Shown here: in pieces, positions 59,656 through 64,000 of the stretch
How the letters are laid out: every line of letters begins with the position of its first letter
How positions within the stretch are numbered: position 1 is the stretch's first letter
Source: Haliotis cracherodii
Lineage: Eukaryota
Direction: 5' to 3'
Assembly: GCF_022045235.1 (NCBI RefSeq)
Contig: NW_027266308.1
Location: 41,912,001 to 41,976,000, forward strand
DNA: 64,000 bases
Position numbers and translations under genes: made by a program
Notes under the pieces: generated by a model
The model's input: the letters and a program-made list of their open reading frames with translations, nothing else
The model's database searches: none
Told to the model about the DNA's origin: nothing

Positions 59656-61388
59656 CGTGAAAGGAGTTACCTGATGAGTCGATATGGAAATCTATTCACA
59701 CGTTTGATTGTTAATCAAGTACAGCAGGATGGGTATGTAGTCTTAACCGTATGTTCATTTAGTATCCAGACTATGGTGAGCAAGCAGCTGCTGTCAGCAA
59801 GTCCTTAGCATTCAAATGACGGCCTGACTACAGTCCTGGTCGCTTTTATACAGTAGCTTGCTTGTTGTGTATACAAGGTGATTAACAAAGACAACTGATT
59901 GACAGCATCCTAACATGTCTGTGTTCACAGCCATCCCAGACATTCATCTCCGCTGAGCAAACATGCAATAGTGTCCAGTGATTGAAGGCTTTTGCTTGGA
60001 GATTAGTGAAGGGTTAATGATGTGGTCAGGGGTTAATTAGGTGAGCATTACTTTTGGTCATGCCCGACCAAGTACAATATTTACTTGTGCCTTTTTGGTC
60101 AGTGCTGTTATCATGAATGGAGATTGAAAGATTAATTTCCAAACACATCCGAGGTAATTGTTTGTGTACTTGCCTTGACTGATTGACACCACCCTAACGT
60201 GCTAGCGTTTACAGCCATTCCAGACATTCGTCTGCATTGTCAAAACAATCATCTATTGACCTTAACAGTGACTGTTTTAAAACTAGCAATCGCCAAGTTG
60301 AATCGAAATGCAAGAAGTCTGTTGCTATGATATCGTGTTCATCGTGAGAAATGAACAAGTATTACCTTATGACACTATCTGGTATCATACTCCGTATTTT
60401 ACGGGAAATAACACATTTACTGTAGTACTTTTAAGCTCGGAGTACACTTTTGACATAGCTTTGTTTGTGTACATCGGCTATTACACTTACGAAATTAATG
60501 TATGGAAAATGTGTCCGTTTCCTATTTCAAACATTACTCTTTTCCTTCTCGTGGCTCTACTTTTAGCTAGGCACACCAAACCAGCCAAGATAACACTTAA
60601 GATGTGAGAAAGGGCACACATGTTATGGACCTTTACGTCTGTTATTGACGGTAGCGTTTGTGAACGTCTTGCCCTTACTACCTGAGGTTGTGTTGACTGG
60701 TGTATGTCACTTTTTAAGGTCAAGTTGTCTTTTAGTTAATCTTACATTCATTGATGAGTTATCAGGTCAACGATAGTGAAATATTTGCTGCATATAGGTG
60801 AGTTTATATCCGGTCGTGGGGAAATATACCGTCTTCCTATGTAAGATCATTCAGTTACATATATTTGGAAAATAAGGGTTTTACTTCATATTGATCTTTG
60901 GATCGTATGCTTGTACTTGAATGACAGTTTCTTCAGAAGAACTGTATTACCTTCTTAATATGAATATATCTCCATGTTTTTGACGTAATTCCCATATTTC
61001 ATGCTAAACGTCATGCGAGGAGAATTCTCAAGTCTGGAAGGTGTAAACTTGGTTCACTTTACTCTCAGCTTATTCAAAATAGAAAAGCGACAAATTCTTT
61101 GTTAGTAATGGGAGGTAAGTGATTACATCTGTACGCTTTACTGCTTTAACTGACATAGGAATGTTATTACTATACAAGAAAACGAAAAGAAGCGAGCTGT
61201 ATTTTCAAGGTTTATTATAGGATCGTACAACAGAAACTGTTTAAGAGGAAAACAACAACACTGCCAGTGCGCTGACAGAAAGCAAAAGCACTTTGACATA
61301 TAGCCACTTCAATATTTGGAATGTCTCTTCTGTAATGGAGCACTCATTAGATGAACATATTCGTGTAACAGACAGACTTTTATCTGTT

Positions 61389-61955
61389 TCATTTTCTGAG
61401 AAAAGCAAGGATCTTCTGTGAAAAGGAGACTGGTTGTTTTGAAGAATCTCTTGTGATTGTCTTACGAGCTTTGTTCCGTCTTCGCAGAGAAAAACGCTTA
61501 AAGGTGAGATTTGTCAAAATGTTAACGTTGCTGTCTAACCGACGTCTCTTAGTTGGTGCTTCAGCTTCATATACATGGGCGACAGACGTCAAGAGAGTCC
61601 TTTCCACTTTAGAAATGACACGTTCTTTCCTTCGGAGCTCAGCCTCTTCTTCTTCTCTCAAGCTAAGCGATATTCGCGTCATGATGTTTCTTGAGAATGG
61701 TTGGTCTGAATGTTGCAGTCGTGGCGTTTTCTTGAACTGAAGAGAAGGAAGTGGACTGCCAAGTTGAGCCAAACTGGACTGAAGACTTCGAAGGGAGTTT
61801 TGGATTTCAACATCTGTATCACATTCCATGTCATCGTCGCTGAAGGAGTATTCAACAAGTTTGATCCCCTGAGAGAAGTTGAAGCAAGGCTGGGCCTGGA
61901 CGTCCAAGTTGAAGGGAGTGACACTGGTATACACAACTTCGGAAGCCCTCTTCAT
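61389..61955 (-). CDS. uncharacterised 188-aa protein, copy 13 (Q81, S152F)
   Basis: intact ORF. Confidence 0.75.
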   Translation of the reverse strand: MKRASEVVYTSVTPFNLDVQAQPCFNFSQGIKLVEYSFSDDDMECDTDVEIQNSLRSLQSSLAQLGSPLPSLQFKKTPRLQHSDQPFSRNIMTRISLSLREEEEAELRRKERVISKVERTLLTSVAHVYEAEAPTKRRRLDSNVNILTNLTFKRFSLRRRNKARKTITRDSSKQPVSFSQKILAFLRK

Positions 61956-63688
61956 CGTGAAAGGAGTTACCTGATGAGTCGATATGGAAATCTATTCACA
62001 CGTTTGATTGTTAATCAAGTACAGCAGGATGGGTATGTAGTCTTAACCGTATGTTCATTTAGTATCCAGACTATGGTGAGCAAGCAGCTGCTGTCAGCAA
62101 GTCCTTAGCATTCAAATGACGGCCTGACTACAGTCCTGGTCGCTTTTATACAGTAGCTTGCTTGTTGTGTATACAAGGTGATTAACAAAGACAACTGATT
62201 GACAGCATCCTAACATGTCTGTGTTCACAGCCATCCCAGACATTCGTCTCCGCTGAGCAAACATGCAATAGTGTCCAGTGATTGAAGGCTTTTGCTTGGA
62301 GATTAGTGAAGGGTTAATGATGTGGTCAGGGGTTAATTAGGTGAGCATTACTTTTGGTCATGCCCGACCAAGTACAATATTTACTTGTGCCTTTTTGGTC
62401 AGTGCTGTTATCATGAATGGAGATTGAAAGATTAATTTCCAAACACATCCGAGGTAATTGTTTGTGTACTTGCCTTGACTGATTGACACCACCCTAACGT
62501 GCTAGCGTTTACAGCCATTCCAGACATTCGTCTGCATTGTCAAAACAATCATCTATTGACCTTAACAGTGACTGTTTTAAAACTCGCAATCGCCAAGTTG
62601 AATCGAAATGCAAGAAGTCTGTTGCTATGATATCGTGTTCATCGTGAGAAATGAACAAGTATTACCTTATGACACTATCTGGTATCATACTCCGTATTTT
62701 ACGGGAAATAACACATTTACTGTAGTACTTTTAACCTCGGAGTACACTTTTGACATAGCTTTGTTTGTGTACATCGGCTATTACACTTACGAAATTAATG
62801 TATGGAAAATGTGTCCGTTTCCTATTTCAAACATTACTCTTTTCCTTCTCGTGGCTCTACTTTTAGCTAGGCACACCAAACCAGCCAAGATAACACTTAA
62901 GATGTGAGAAAGGGCACACATGTTATGGACCTTTACGTCTGTTATTGACGGTAGCGTTTGTGAACGTCTTGCCCTTACTACCTGAGGTTGTGTTGACTGG
63001 TGTATGTGACTTTTTAAGGTCAAGTTGTCTTTTAGTTAATCTTACATTCATTGATGAGTTATCAGGTCAACGATAGTGAAATATTTGCTGCATATAGGTG
63101 AGTTTATATCCGGTCGTGGGGAAATATACCGTCTTCCTATGTAAGATCATTCAGTTACATGTATTTGGAAAATAAGGGTTTTACTTCATATTGATCTTTG
63201 GATCGTATGCTTGTACTTGAATGACAGTTTCTTCAGAAGAACTGTATTACCTTCTTAATATGAATATATCTCCATGTTTTTGACGTAATTCCCATATTTC
63301 ATGCTAAACGTCATGCGAGGAGAATTCTCAAGTCTGGAAGGTGTAAACTTGGTTCACTTTACTCTCAGCTTATTCAAAATAGAAAAGCGACAAATTCTTT
63401 GTTAGTAATGGGAGGTAAGTGATTACATCTGTACGCTTTACTGCTTTAACTGACATAGGAATGTTATTACTATACAAGAAAACGAAAAGAAGCGAGCTGT
63501 ATTTTCAAGGTTTATTATAGGATCGTACAACAGAAACTGTTTAAGAGGAAAACAACAACACTGCCAGTGCGCTGACAGAAAGCAAAAGCACTTTGACATA
63601 TAGCCACTTCAATATTTGGAATGTCTCTTCTGTAATGGAGCACTCATTAGATGAACATATTCGTGTAACAGACAGACTTTTATCTGTT

Positions 63689-64000
63689 TCATTTTCTGAG
63701 AAAAGCAAGGATCTTCTGTGAAAAGGAGACTGGTTGTTTTGAAGAATCTCTTGTGATTGTCTTACGAGCTTTGTTCCGTCTTCGCAGAGAAAAACGCTTA
63801 GAGGTGAGATTTGTCAAAATGTTAACGTTGCTGTCTAACCGACGTCTCTTAGTTGGTGCTTCAGCTTCATATACATGGGCGACAGACGTCAAGAGAGTCC
63901 TTTCCACTTTAGAAATGACACGTTCTTTCCTTCGGAGCTCAGCCTCTTCTTCTTCTCTCAAGCTAAGCGATATTCGCGTCATGATGTTTCTTGAGAATGG
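63689..64000 (-). CDS. uncharacterised 188-aa protein, copy 14 (C-terminal part; cut by window edge)
   Basis: identical C-terminal half. Confidence 0.7.
   Translation of the reverse strand, partial: PFSRNIMTRISLSLREEEEAELRRKERVISKVERTLLTSVAHVYEAEAPTKRRRLDSNVNILTNLTSKRFSLRRRNKARKTITRDSSKQPVSFSQKILAFLRK

Larger units (their letters stand above)
33293..64000 (-). repeat. 2,300-bp gene-containing macrosatellite, 13 complete units plus a partial one, running off the window
   Basis: ORF spacing is exactly 2300 except +176 (SINE), +74 (insertion) and +1; units differ by only a few substitutions. Confidence 0.98.

Noticed and set aside
33293-64000. Array as histone, rDNA/5S or snRNA cluster, or as a pure assembly artefact
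   Set aside because: No histone fold or recognisable rRNA/snRNA sequence; unit-specific TSD-flanked insertions and structured variants argue for real copies, though the exact number needs read support.

Overview
Eukaryotic (animal) genomic DNA, probably a mollusc; the Meta/RUDI-type SINE supports this, and gastropod/abalone is only a guess. Positions ~1-25 kb hold the last 15 coding exons (~745 aa) of a plus-strand Golgi alpha-mannosidase II (GH38, MAN2A-like) gene. Its introns are packed with SINEs, MITEs and minisatellites, and four of the minisatellites are built from the gene's own exon-intron junctions. Positions ~25-33 kb are intergenic, with SINE/MITE copies, a 162-nt N gap, a 43-bp minisatellite and a LINE 3' fragment. 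From ~33.3 kb to the end is a near-identical 2,300-bp macrosatellite (13 full units plus one partial). Each unit looks like a complete compact Pol II gene on the minus strand: TATA, Inr, an uninterrupted 188-aa ORF for a protein I do not recognise (acidic N-terminal patch, basic NLS-like C-terminus), AATAAA and a U-rich element.
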